A DNA stretch of 64,000 nucleotides, from NCBI RefSeq assembly GCF_963921235.1, contig NC_086109.1, positions 29,948,001 through 30,012,000 on the forward strand, written 5' to 3'. A program made the position numbers and the translations under genes. Below the pieces are notes generated by a model. It had not been told where the DNA came from. It was given only the letters and a program-made list of their open reading frames with translations, and searched no databases. The stretch comes from Mobula hypostoma. Its lineage: Eukaryota. The first letter of the stretch is position 1. Each line of letters opens with the position of its first letter. Positions 26,945 through 39,687 of this stretch are shown piece after piece.

Positions 26945-27552
26945 AATAGAAACAGAGAAAAACTACAGCACAATACAGGTCCTTTGGCCCACAATGCTGT
27001 GCCGAACATGTACTTACTTTAGAAATTAGCTAGGGTTACCCATAGCCTATTTTTCTAAGCTCCATGTACCTATCCAGGAGTCTCTTAAAAGATCCTATTG
27101 TATCCACATCCACCACAGTGGCTGGCAGCCCATTCCATGCACTCATCACTCTGTGTTTAAAAAACAAACAAACAAACTTACCCCTGACATCTCCTCTATA
27201 CCTACTTGCAAGCACCTTAAAACTGTGCCCTCTCGTGTTAGCCATTTCAGCCCTGGGAAAATGCCTGACTATCCACACAATCAATGCCTCTCATCATCTT
27301 GTACACCTCTATCAGGTCACCTCTCATCTTCTGTTGTTCCAAGGAGAAAAGATAAAGTTCACTCACCCTAGTCTCATAAGGCATGCTCCCCAATCCAGGC
27401 AACATCCCTGTAAATCTCCTCTGCACCCCTTCTATAGTTTCCACATTCTTTCTGTAGTGAGGTGACCAGAACTGAGCACAGTACTCCAAGTGGGGTCTGA
27501 CCAGGATCCTATATGGCTGTAACATTACCTTTCGGCTCTTGAACTCAATCCC
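26945..27552 (-). mobile_element. CR1 LINE 3' fragment
   Basis: ILVRPHLEYCAQFWSPHYRK, RGDLIEVYK and TRGHSFKV motifs; 3' tail. Confidence 0.9.
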
Positions 27553-28485
27553 ATGGTTTTGCTGGACAAGGTGTTGATGAGATTTTTGAGGAGACTGCCA
27601 GCATATTGTGATGAAAGACTGTATAGGATGGGCTTGTTTCCTTTGGAGCAAGAGAGCCAAGGAGAGGCTTAATTGAGATCTATAATACCATGAGAGGCCT
27701 TGGCAAATTTCCTTTAGCTGAGAGATTGTAGACCAGAGGGCATGGAGTTAAGGTCGTTAGTAGAAGGATTATAGTAGATATAGAGATATATTTGCACCGA
27801 AAGTTGGTAAAGATCTGATATTTCCCGTGTTAAAGACTAGTACAGGCAGAAAGCCTCATCACGTTTAAAAATTGTGCATGTCCTGAGGTTGGAGGGCTAT
27901 CTGTGGGTGCGTGGGTAGGTGGATGGATGGGAGGACGAGGGGCTTGTTGAGCTGTTGGCATCTTGTTGCTTGTTGTGTTCTCTGATCTTCTGCTGAGCAT
28001 TGTGGGTATGCTATATCAGCATCAGAATGAGTGGCAACACTTGCAGGCTGCCCCCAGCAAATCCTCAAGTTGTGTTGTTTGCTATGCTGTGTTTCAATAT
28101 AGATGTGATAATTAAATGAAATTGAAACTGAACCATGTGCAAAGGAGGTGGGACTAGATCAGTAACCACTTCAATCACCAGTGTATGCAATGGGATGAAA
28201 GCTCTCTTTCTGTATCATGTAGTTTACAGATTCCATGATTTCACTCTCTATTACCAAACAGCCACATCAGATGACTCAGTTTTAAATGTACAACATGCAA
28301 ATCAAATGAAAAGCTTTCTATAGGATTCAAATACCCAACTTATGGACAGCAAGCATATGAGAATTCAACAGAATGGATGATAACTTTCTGGCTGCTGCAG
28401 GGATTTCCGTGTGTCTTCTGTCCCACTGTGCATTCTCACAACAATTGGAGACTTGGAGGAGGAAGCATATCAATTTCTTTCACAT

Positions 28486-29096
28486 TGAAACCCCCGGTTT
28501 CCTTGGCTGCGTAAGTCTAGGGAAGACACACACTCTGGTCCTGCCAAACTCGTGAGATTGAGATGGCTCTCCCACCCTAAACCTTGGTTTGTGTGGATGC
28601 TGTGTAATTTTCTATCCTGTTACAAATTAGTACCATGAAATAACAGACTTATTATATTTATGTATTATATTAGAATTATATTTATGAACCTTAACTAAAG
28701 GTTTAGTAAAGAAGAACAAAAAGAAAAGGGCCCATTTTAATTAAATAGTCAAATGTGCACAAGTTGGAGCTCAGTGCTTGATCGATATTCACCGATCCTC
28801 AGTCGATCTTAGCGCATGGCTCCATCGAATCATGGTTCTGCACAGGATCAAATCCAGGTTCTCTCCAGCGTCTTCTCTCTTCATCTCTCGTTGAACAAAA
28901 GCTCCAAGACAGACCTTAATCTCCCTTACTCAAAACTTGCCCCCACTTTCCACTGTCTTAGTTGGATAGCACACATTCTCATCATCCCTTATCTTCAACA
29001 ATAACCCAAACAGGCTGAAAGCGAAACAGGCTGTTATAGAACTGCTAAGTGAAATACCTACAGCATAACAATAAAAATGTGAACCAGGGTGCTACA
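28486..29096. mobile_element. Solo LTR related to 22-725 and 42878-43457
   Basis: TG...CA ends (tgaaacccc...gggtgctaca); clear internal similarity to the other two copies; TSD not clean. Confidence 0.75.
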
Positions 29097-29249
29097 ATGT
29101 AAATTCTGAGAGAATTTTATTTTGTATGTCAGTTTTAGTTAGTGATTTGTGAATCCTGTAATAGCAAATTGCTTTTACCTAAATGGCCACAGAGTGAGGT
29201 TTGCCTGTGTTTGGCCAGTTATTTTACTCTTTTTGAGAGTCTTTGTAAG

Positions 29250-29670
29250 TTAGTCACAGAGTCATGGAGCATGAACTCACAGAAACAGGCCCTTTGGCTC
29301 AGGAGAGGGTTGTAACCTTTCTTTCTGCCTAATCCCATCTACTGGCATCCGGATCATAGCTTTCCATAACCCTCTCATCTACTGTGTACCTATCCAAACT
29401 TCTCTGGTGTCACACTTGGAACCAACATCCACCACTTATGCTGACAGCTTGTTCCATATTCACACCACCCTGAGTAAAAAAGATCTCCCTCTGATTCCCC
29501 TTAAATGTTTCACCATTCACACTAAACGTATGACCTTTAGTTCTAGTCTCACTTGACCTCAGGTGGAAAAAAAAGTCTGCATGTATTTACCCATCTATAC
29601 ATCTCCATTTTCTATACCTCCATAAGATCTCCCTCCATTCTCCTATACTCCTGGGAATAAAGTCCTAATT
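29250..29670 (-). mobile_element. CR1 LINE 3' end
   Basis: agaaacaggccctttggc tail and reverse-complement RT C-terminus (ttagttctagtctc, agatctcccctc). Confidence 0.75.
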
Positions 29671-29677
29671 TAGTTTT

Positions 29678-31380
29678 GTGGTTCTCAATCATTTTCTGCT
29701 CATGGCTCACTTGTGACTTTCATTTACTTCTGTGGCCCCACTTTAGTCAACTGTACTAATTCTAATGTACATTCAATATTTATGTTTTAACAGGTTATAG
29801 GTATTGTATGTTAAATATAATGTTGCAGGTATATATGGAAAAATAAAACAATTTCAAAGCTCTGAATAGGATACCTTTTTGTTTGAACTGTTGTATCACT
29901 TTACAACTCAATAAGGCCTTCTTGCGATATGGTGGTGTTAACACCATTCTCATTCAACTCAAGTGGATCCACCACCCAAACTGGAATGTGCATCTCCAGC
30001 AGGACCCTGAACTGAAATTCCCTATCAGTGCACTGTTGTTTCAAATTATCAAGATATACAATCAGATCATCTTGCAATTCTATTTTAAGAGTGGCCAGTT
30101 TAGGAAATTGCATAAACATGAGATGTCCAGTACCGCTGCTGAAAAGTTTTCAGATTTCCAAGGAAAGCGATAGTTTCTGTGTGACATGAGTTTAGTTTTT
30201 TTTTCCCTTGTAGCTGTTTGTTTAATAATTTCGGTTTTTCAAATATATCTGACAGGTTAAAATATGTCAGAATTACCAACAACAAATTGTTCTCTAAGCT
30301 GCTTATCACTTAGAAATGCTACAGTACTATCCAAAAGTGCAAGAAGGTAGTAATGAAGACCTTTTGATAACCATCAGACCTCTATGCATCAGTAGTCATT
30401 CAAACATTCTTCTTCAAAAAGTTGTTGAAACTGACTCTCTTGAAGTGCATTTGATTTGAAGTTGACAGCCATCATTAATGCAGCAAGAATATCTTGCAAA
30501 CATCCTCCCAATTTTTTTTGTAACCAAACGCTCATGGTGGTTGACACAGTTTGTGCAAAAGAAGACTTAGTCAGGAGTAGCAGTTTTTAAAATGATCAGT
30601 GAACCCTCTTTATCTTCCTACCATAGAAGCAGCATCATCAGTTGCACAAACTATTATATTTTACAGTAGAATTTTGTTTTCCAAGAAATAACTTCTGACT
30701 TCAAAAATAGTTTCACCTTTAGTATGTGCCTTAAGCTTTCAGACAAAAAGCATTTCCTCACAGGTATGATCATAATTCAGAAACCTAACATATATCATCA
30801 GAAGGGCTTCATTACCACGTAATGTACTTCCATCAATTTGCAGAGTAAACTTCTTGCACTTGTGTGTCTACTTTTTCCACATTATTTGACATTTCATCCT
30901 TCATAGTGATGAGCTGCTCAAGGGGGTGGCTTGAATAGTTTTATATGCCCTCTAATTCATAACAGTAGAAATTACAACAGAAATTGCAGGCACAATATGT
31001 GGCTTGCCTGATTTTTGCAATTAAGTTTGAAGTCTTAGAGGATGCAAGTCCTCTAAGACTTGCCAAAGGGTCTCGGTCCAAAACGTCTACTGTATTTTTT
31101 TCCATAGATGCTGCCTGGTCTGCTGGCTTCCGCCAGCATTGTGTGTGTTGCTTGGATTTCCAACATCTGTAGATTTGCTCTTGTTTTGGATGCAAGTAAA
31201 GCTTTGTCTATCTTAGGTGCTTTTTTCATTAAGCGTTTGTTTTACTGTTGACCTTGATTGAAAATTATCTCGTTTTTTTTAAGTAATCCAGTGACTTGTC
31301 TGTCTTGTCCTTTTACAGTATTTACCAATTTTCTAGTGTCTACTCACTCAGTTGTATTGTTATTTCTGTGTGTGTGTTCT
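29678..31380 (-). mobile_element. hAT (Charlie/ZBED5-like) DNA transposon fossil
   Basis: Minus-strand motifs LQIDGSTLRGNEALLMIYVRF, IVCATDDAASMVGR, CVNHH, LSDIFEK..LLNKQLQG and IPVWVVDP; TIR-like gtggttctcaa at 29678. Confidence 0.8.
31050..31187 (+). mobile_element. Stand-alone PLE family A terminal unit inserted in the hAT fossil
   Basis: 10-bp TSD GGATGCAAGT at 31040-31049 and 31188-31197; decayed hammerhead aagggtctcggtccaaaacgtctactg. Confidence 0.85.
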
Positions 31381-31388
31381 TGCGCATA

Positions 31389-32756
31389 CAGGCAAGAAAA
31401 AGTTTGTGATCCCTTTACAATTACCTTGTTTTCTGCATTAATTACTCATAAAATGTGGTCTGATCTTCATCTACATCACAATAATAGACAAACGCAGTCT
31501 GCCTAAATTAATAACACACAGGCAATTGTATCTCTTCTTGTCAATATGGAGTACACCATTTAAATAATCACAGTCTAGATTCAAAAAGGTACGTGAACTT
31601 CTGGGCTAATGCCTTCTACAAAAGCTATTTGGAGTCGGGTGTTCCAATCAATGAGATGAGATTGGAGGTGTGGGTTGTGGACGTGCCTTAGGTAGGTTAG
31701 TGACAGAGCCTGCTCTTAAGAAAGATCTGTTTATGTGCACCATGCTTCAATCAAAACAATTTTCAGAGAAACTTAGAAGAAGAATAAAGCTGGAAAAGGC
31801 CACAAAAACATTTCAAGAGACCTGCGTGTTCATCAGTTAGAGAAATTGTCTACAAATGGGGAAATTCAGTACTGTTGCTACTCTTCCTAGGAGAAAGGTG
31901 TTCATGGAAGGACACCACGGTGGAAACCACTGCACTCCAAAAAAAAATTGCTGCACGTCAAAAGACCACCTGGATGTTCCACAATACTTCTAGGACAATG
32001 TTCTGTGGACAGGTGAGAGAAAAGTTGAACATTTTGGCAAAAATGCATGTTATGTTTGGAGGAGAAAAGGCACTGCGCATTGATGTTAAAACTTCATTCC
32101 CACTGTGAAGCATGGTGGAAGGAGAATATTGTTTTGGGGGTGTTTTGTTGCCTCGGGGCCTGGACAGCTTGCAATCATTGGGGAACAATGAATTCAAAAT
32201 TGTATCAAGACATTTTGCAGGAGAATGTCAGTCCATCACCTGAAGCTTAATAGAAGCTGGATGATGCAACAAGGCAATGATCCAAAACACACGAGTAAAT
32301 CAACAACAAAGTGGTTTAAAAAGAAGAAAATTTATTTTTTAGAATGGTCAGGTCAGAGTCCAGACCTTAACCCAATTGAGATGCTGTGGCATGACCTGAG
32401 GAGGGCTGTTTATGCAAGGTATCCCAGAGATATTGATGAACTGAGTTTTGTGTGGAGGAATGGTTTTAACTTCCTCTTTGATATTGTGCAAGTCTGATCA
32501 GCTGAAACAAGAAACGTTTTGTGATGGTTATTGCTGCTAAAAGAGGCTGTACTAGTTATTAAAACCAAGGGTTCACATACTTTTACCAGCCTGGACTGTG
32601 AATGATTAAACGAGGTGTTCAGTAAAGACATGAAAAGTACAAATGCTTGTGTGTTATTAGTTTGGGTAGATTGTTTGTCTATTATTGTGACCTAAATGAA
32701 GATCAGACCACATTTTGAGTAATTCAGAAAACCAGGTAATTGCAAAGGTTTCACAG
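31389..32756 (+). mobile_element. Tc1-family transposon with long TIRs (IR/DR type), defective
   Basis: TA then CAG at the left end; roughly 200-bp inverted repeats; QQGNDPKH and SPDLNPIEMLW motifs; frameshifts. Confidence 0.9.
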
Positions 32757-33419
32757 AAGTGAGTGGACTCTAAAAAATTAGTAGTAGGTATCAAAAAATT
32801 ATAAGTGTCAGTATTGAATGTACATGTACAAATTAGAAAACTGGAGTTTGAGGCAATATTTAAAAAAAATTATAACTTAATTATTTTAAAATGTTGTTAT
32901 ATATGCAAATTCAATGTGTCAATAAAGGGTGTGTACTCACCAAGAAAAGCGGTTTGAGCTTCTTTTGAAAATATGATAAGTATCAGGCATTTAGTGGAAG
33001 TTGTACTGGTAGACTTGTAGTGGCAAATTTCAAGCGTTCTTGCCTCTGCATTTTTTTCTATTTCTGGTAGATGACCCCACTGCAGTAATTGTAGCCGACA
33101 TGTCATGCTTTATAAGTATTATAACACTATCAGTGGAAGGCAAAAAGAATTAGCCTTCTGCTGCATACTCACTGATCAGCATTGCTACAGACAGCCCCAC
33201 CCAATCCACAGTTTGGAATTTGGGGATGGAAGTGGAGCAGGACTCAGTGTGCCATTCTGCATTGTATGAATGTTGATTTGTTCAGGGACAAGCAGGGGCA
33301 GAGATAAGGATTGATGTGTCGCATTCCTCCTCTTCCCCCCCCCCCCCACAACTCTTAAGCTGTTTTGCTGTCTACTTTCCATAATATAAAATATTTTTCC
33401 ATTCATTTCTTTCAGAGTT

Positions 33420-34980
33420 CCAATTATTCATTTCTTTTATTTATGTATTTTTGGTTAATATTTCATTAAAACAGTAAACTATCATGGCCCATTCAGAAAC
33501 TTCTGTGGCTTTCTTTACCACCCTACATACCTGTATTTGCAAGGAATTATGAATCTGTATTTCCAGACATGGTGTTCTACCACACCCCTCATTTGCCCTA
33601 TCATTCACTGTGTAAATCCTCCCCTGTTTTGTCAGGAGAAGCCAGAGTTGGTCCTCTTGAAGATGTGTTGGTGTTGTTGTCTGCACTAAATTCCATCTGC
33701 CATTTTCAGCTGATTTTTTTTCTCTAGCTGGTCCAGATCATGCTGCAAGCTTTGGCCTTCCTTGCAGCGCATTACATCACCCATTTTGGTGTCGTCTGCA
33801 AATTTGCTGATACAGTTTACTACATTATTATCTAAATCATGCACATAGATGATAAACAACAACTGACCCAGCACCTATCCCTGTGACACACCACTAATCA
33901 CAGGCCTCCAGTCAGGGAGACAACCATCTACTATCATTCTGCTCTCCTGCTAAGCCAATGCTGAATCTAATTTACTACTTCATCCTGATTGCCAAGTGAC
34001 TTAACTTTCTGGACTAGCCTCCCATGTGGGACTTTGTCAAAGGTCTTGCAAACTCCATAAAGACACTATCCACCATCTTTCCTTTTATCAACCATCCTCA
34101 AGACCTTTCTTTTAAAAAAAGTTTTATAAAATTGGTTAGACACTACCTGTAATCAGGCCCTGCCTATCTGAATATGTGTATAACCAGTCCCTCAGAATAC
34201 CTTCCAATAATTTACCCACAACTATTGTTAGGCTCACAGGCCCATAATTTCCTGGTTTATTCAAAGAGCTTGTCTTGGACAAAACTTGCTTCTCCTTCAG
34301 TCCTCTGGCACCTCACCTATGGCTAAGATCATTTTAAACATCTCTGCCAAAGCCCCTGCAATTCCTATACCAGCATCTCACAAGGTCTGAAGGGTCACCT
34401 TGTTGGACTCTGTGATTGATCCACCCTAATTAGCCTTAAGACATCAAGCACTTTCTCTTCAGTAATCCAAATACAGTGCATGACCTTGCTACTTACTCTT
34501 TTCCCCTTCATTCTATAGACCCTGGGTGTGTCTCTAGAGTAAATACAGATGTAAAAAAAAATAATTTAAGATCTCCACCATTTCTTTCAGCTCCATGCAT
34601 AGGTTGCCACACTGATCTTCAAGGAGGCTAATTCTGTCCTTTGTTATCCTTTTGCTTTTAATATATCTGAAGTAGTTTGTGGCATTCTTTCCCCTTGTGT
34701 GCCAGAGAAACCTCATGTTCTCTTTTACTCCTTCTGATTTTTTTTTTCCTTATGTGTTCTGTATTTGTATACTCCTCAAGTGCTCAATTGAGAATAACAG
34801 CCTATGCCTGATATGAGCCTCCTCCTTGTTAATCCAGGACTCAATATTGCTCAAATGACAGTTCCAAAACTTGTTGGGTTCCCTTTGTTCTAAAAGGAAC
34901 ATAAAAATTCTTTACTCTCACTATTTCATTTTTGAAGGCCTCCATTTACCAACCATCCCTTTGCCTGAAAATAACCTATC
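33420..34980 (-). mobile_element. Decayed CR1 LINE ORF2 fragment
   Basis: LGQLLFIIYVHDLD...ISKFADDTK and FRYIKSKRITKDRI.LLEDQCGNLC motifs. Confidence 0.85.
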
Positions 34981-35914
34981 TAAATCCAAAATTTACTTCT
35001 ACGTTTGAATGGTATTGAGTGTATAGTCTGGTATGAAAGATATTTGTTCTTTTGTCAGTGTTGAAATGCTCCTTAGTTACGAGGTAAGGGCACATCAGTT
35101 AGTACCACATTGTTAATGAGGGCGATGAGGAGGAATCCCATTATAGTCTTTTATGGGTTGTGAAGTCTAAGTCCAATTATTTTTATTCAAAAGCCACAGT
35201 CTAGTAAATTTGTGGATGCATTTTTCTACATTTCATTGCTAAAAGTCTCAGCTAATTCATTGAGAGTATGGGATTATCATAACTGGACATATTTGACTTG
35301 AATTTCATTGGCTCTTCACTGAGCTCTGAAATATCTGGACAGTGAAGATGCATACATCAGGAGGCTCTTCATGGACTACAGCTCAGCATTCAATACTACT
35401 GGCCATTTGAAACCTATTACTGACCTAGACCTAGGCCTCGATACCTCCGTGTGCATCTGGATCCGAGGTCCTCTATTTCCTCACTTGCAGACTACAGTCA
35501 GTACAGATTGGCAACAACATCTCCTCCACAATCACCATCAGCACAAGTGCACCACAGATGCTTATCACCGGCTCTACTTGCTTTTTCCTATGATTGTGTG
35601 GCTAATTAAAACTCCAATGCCATCTTTAAGTTTGCCGATAACACCACTTTTGACTGAATCAAAAGTGGTGACAGTTTGGCATATAGGAGAGGGGATAACA
35701 ATAACCCCTCACTCAAATGACAGCAAAACCCAAGAGCTGGTTATCTACTGCAGGAGGAAGAAGCTGGTTGCCCTAAGTCAGGCCTTATTAGGGGACTGGA
35801 AGTGTAGAGGGTCAGAAACTTTAAATTTGTTGTATTACCATAATCGGGGGATCTGTCCTGGGACTAGCATGTAAGTGCCATCACAAAGTGCCTCTACTTT
35901 CTTAGGAGTTCGCA

Positions 35915-36980
35915 TAATTCTTTCCAGGCTTGACAAGAAGCTCAGAGACCTTTGCCTTCACCCCGCTTTGTGTAGCTGGATCCTGGACTTCCTTTCAGAT
36001 CGCCGGCCGGTTCTAAGAGTGGGCTCCCTCACCTCTGCTCCTCTGACCCTCAATACCGGTGCCCCCCAGGACACGTACTAAACTCCCTCCTTTATTCTCT
36101 GTATACCCATGACTGTGTTGCCACCCGCAGCTTCAATCTGCTAATTAAATTTGCTGACAACACTACATTGACCTAATCTCAGATAATAATGAGGCAGCCT
36201 ACAGAGAGGAAGTCATCACCCAACACAGTGGTGTCAAGAAAACAACCTCTCCCTCAACGTTGCAAACACAAAGAAGCTGGTTGTGGACTACAGGAGGAAT
36301 GGAGACAGACTAATTCCTATAGACATCAGTTAGTCTGGGGTTGGGAGGGTGAACAGCTTTAAGTTCCTTGGCATAAACATCACTTGAGGATCTCACGTGG
36401 TCTGTACATACTGGCTGTGTGGTGAAAAAGGCACAACAGTGCCTCTTTCATCTCGGATGGTTGAAGAAGTTTGGTATGGCCCCCCAAATTCTAATAATTT
36501 TCTATAGGGGCACAATTGAGAGCATCCTGACTGGCTGCATCACTGCCTGATATGGGAACTGTACTTCCCTGAATCACAGGACTCTGCAGAGAGTGGTGCG
36601 GACAGCCCAGCGCATCTGTAGATGTGAATTTCCCATTTTTCAGGACATTTACAAAGACAGGTGTATAAAAAGGGCCCGAAGGATCATTGGAGACCCGAGT
36701 CACCCCAACCACAAACTGTTCCAGCTGCTACCATCTGGGAAATGGTACCGCAGCATAAAAGCGTGGACCAACAGGCTCCGGGACAACTTCTTCCACCAGG
36801 TCATCAGACTGCTTAATTCATGCTGACGCAACTGTATTTCTCTGTTTTATTGACTATCCTGTTGTACATAATATTTATTATAAATTACTATCATTGCACA
36901 TTTGAATGGAGATGTAATGTAAAAATTTTTACTACTCATGTATATGAAGGATGCAAGTCATAAAGTCAATTCAATTCAAT
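35915..36980 (+). mobile_element. Younger Rex1/Babar-like LINE nested in the older one
   Basis: CSWILDFLSDR, LNTGAPQ and KFADN motifs; tail tcaattcaattcaat. Confidence 0.88.
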
Positions 36981-37150
36981 AGATTTAGCATGTCATCTAA
37001 AACTTTGACAAACTTATATTGATGCACAATGGAGAGTATCCTGACTGGTTGCATCACGGCCTGGTATGCTCAAAAACAGAAGAGTCTGCTAGGAGTGGGG
37101 GATATAGCCCACTACATCACAGGCAAGGTCCTCTCTGTCATTAAGCATAT

Positions 37151-37558
37151 CTTTTTTTTTATTTTTTATTTTTATTTGGATAAGGAATTCGCAAGTATCA
37201 TGAACTTTTTTCACATGTATAACCTTTTCCATTTTTTTATATGTGGATAAATCTATAATTATTTATACATTCCTAAGTACACATTGAGATGATATAAAAG
37301 TAATTAGGCACTTAGATAATTATGTGCAGTTGTAATTCTACTCTATTAGGCTAAGTAATGATATTAGTTGTTAAGAAAAATAGTAATAATAGTGGATTAA
37401 TAATAATTTCCATATATCTCTTCTGGACCATTTCTTTCTGGTCCAAAATATTGTATGTAAGCCTATGTAACTACCATTGCAGGTGTTTATATCCTAACTC
37501 GTTCATGTTTGCTCCTACCCCCAAACATAATTACCCAATCCCTATGTACTTATTTACT
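37151..37558 (-). mobile_element. Poly(A)-tailed non-coding retroposed insertion
   Basis: 13-bp TSD TCATTAAGCATAT at 37138-37150 and 37559-37571; T-rich start on the plus strand equals an A-rich tail on the minus strand. Confidence 0.8.
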
Positions 37559-38334
37559 TCATTAAGCATATTTACAAGCAGTGCTGCTACAAGAAAGCTG
37601 CATCCATCTTTAAGGAACTAGATCATCCAAGCCATGCTTTCTTCTTACTACTATCATTGGTCTGGAGGTATCATGGGTCCCATGCCACCAGGTTCAGGAA
37701 CAGTTATAACTGTACAGCTATCCGGCTCTTGAACTAGCATGGATAACTTCACTCACCTCACCTCAACCTAAGACTTGTGTTCAAGGTCTGTACAACTCAG
37801 TATTTACTTTTTTGTTATTTGCACGATTTGTTTTCTTTTGAACGTTAGTTGATTGTCGTTCTTTGTAATTTATAGCTTTTAATAAATTCTATTGTATTTA
37901 TTTTCTTGTAAATGCATGCAAGTAAACAGATCTCAAAGTAGTATATGTACTTTGATAATATGCTTTTTAAATACATGCCCATTTGGTTTATTGCAGATGA
38001 GACGCAATGAACTTGTGCCAATTCTCCACTGACAAGTTCCTGTTCAGACCTCCCTTGCACTCCTGTCTCCAGTGAGCTCTGAACCTACTAATTAAAAGGC
38101 TATGAAGTGGACATCATCTTTGTTTGAGTGATTATTGACCAAGAGCTAAATCTCTTTAGTTGGTAGTTTGAGGAACTGCATGTTTTGGTGGAATCTTTTG
38201 GGTATAACAGCAAGTAGAAATAAATAATAGGAATTGGTAAGGTGAGGCATATTAGTCACTTTGCTAGACATCTGTATAAAGAATTATCAGATTGTTCAAG
38301 AAATAAGTTTAAATTTCAAAGGGAGAGCAAAAGT

Positions 38335-39430
38335 CTTCAGGGTTGTTTAAGGTAATTTCCAGTACATAAGTGTAAAGGAGAATGAAATAGTTGTTACTCT
38401 GGATCTGATGCAGCACAAAAAACCACAGTAAGATAAAGGACACAATTAATATTAATACATAAGATTGGTATGCATTGTATATACATAAAGTGTACACAGT
38501 ATAGAAGTTTCTGTAAATTAGGTACTCTGAAGGAAATGATAAAGTAGTGGTGGTGTGGTGAGGTGGGTTAGTGGTTGGAGTTGTTGATCATCCATAGTGG
38601 TTTGGGAAAGTTGGTCTTTGAGTCCGCTGATCCTGGTGTGGATGCAATGTAGCCTCCTTCCTGATGGGAGTGGTACAGACAGTCCATGGGCAGGGTGGGT
38701 GGGATCCTTAATGATATTGCTGGCCTTTTCCTGGCACTCTTCTGTATATATGTCCTCTGGCGGCTAGGCCAGTTCCAGTGATGCATTGGGCATTTTTGAC
38801 TACCCGTTGTAGAGCTGTTTCCGTACCATGCAATTATGCAGCATGATAGGATGCTCTCTACTGCATATCTGTAGCAGACAGTATTGGTGTGCATAGTCCA
38901 GCTCTTTTGAGGATCAGAAAGTAAAGGCATTGGTGAGCTTTCTTGATTGTGTAGGATGTATTCTAGGAGCACAAGATGTGTACTGCCAGATCTTTGAAAC
39001 TGCATACAGTTTCCACTGCTGCCAATATAAGGAGGGGTGTGAGTTCTTCTGATGTTGATAGCCATCTCCTTTATTTTGTTGATTAAGGAAGGGTATTTGC
39101 CTGGCACCAGGCTTTGAGCACTTCTACATCCTCTCTGTAGGATGTCTTGTCATCAAACAATGATGACATTGTTGTGTCACTGGCGAACTTGACAATGTGA
39201 TTACTTGGTGTTTGGCTGTGCATTTGTGTGCAAGGAAAATGTACAACAGGGGGCTCAGCACACCACCCTTGAAGGTGGAAGGAGGGCACACTGTTATTGA
39301 GAGGGGAATGATGTGGCTGAGGTCTGTAGGTGAGGAAGTCCAACATCCAGTTGCACAGTGGTGTATTTAGACTGAGGAATCAGAATTTTGTTTACTAAGG
39401 TCTGTGGGACAATATTGTTGAATGTTGAAC
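38335..39430 (-). mobile_element. Rex1/Babar-like LINE fragment (same subfamily as 23640-24733)
   Basis: SSTFNNIVPQ, LDFLTYRPQ, VKFASDTT and ESILSCCIIAWYGN motifs. Confidence 0.85.
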
Positions 39431-39687
39431 TAGGTGTGTCAAGGTCAGGTGCAAGAGAGATGCTGTGACATCTCTGGTAAAGTTGTTCTGTCAGTAAGCA
39501 TATTGGTAAGTGTCCAGTATGGCAGAAATGCAATCTTGGATCTGTGCCATTACCAGCCATTGAAAGTACTTCAAGACGATTGGCATCTGTGACACTAGGT
39601 GGTAGGTGTTTAGTTCTGAAGGTGTAGAGTTCTTTTAGTGTAGAATTGTGTTTAATCATATTGGGGAGATGGGGAAAATTATTTAGA

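Larger units (their letters stand above)
35335..37965 (+). mobile_element. Older Rex1/Babar-like LINE split by two nested insertions
   Basis: LFMDYSSAFNT and FKFAD motifs at 35360-35640; resumes at 36980 (ESILTGCITAWY) and again at 37572. Confidence 0.8.

Noticed and set aside
29883..30900. Functional ZBED/SCAND3-like host gene
   Set aside because: Multiple frameshifts and stops and an interrupting insertion; a fossil hAT
32897..33106. Minus-strand exon of a nested gene ending at a gtgagt donor (about 32940)
   Set aside because: No recognisable protein similarity, no partner exon and no convincing acceptor
37997..38085. Possible next TBC1D22B exon after ttgcag
   Set aside because: In-frame TGA within five codons in the required phase and no match to the expected peptide
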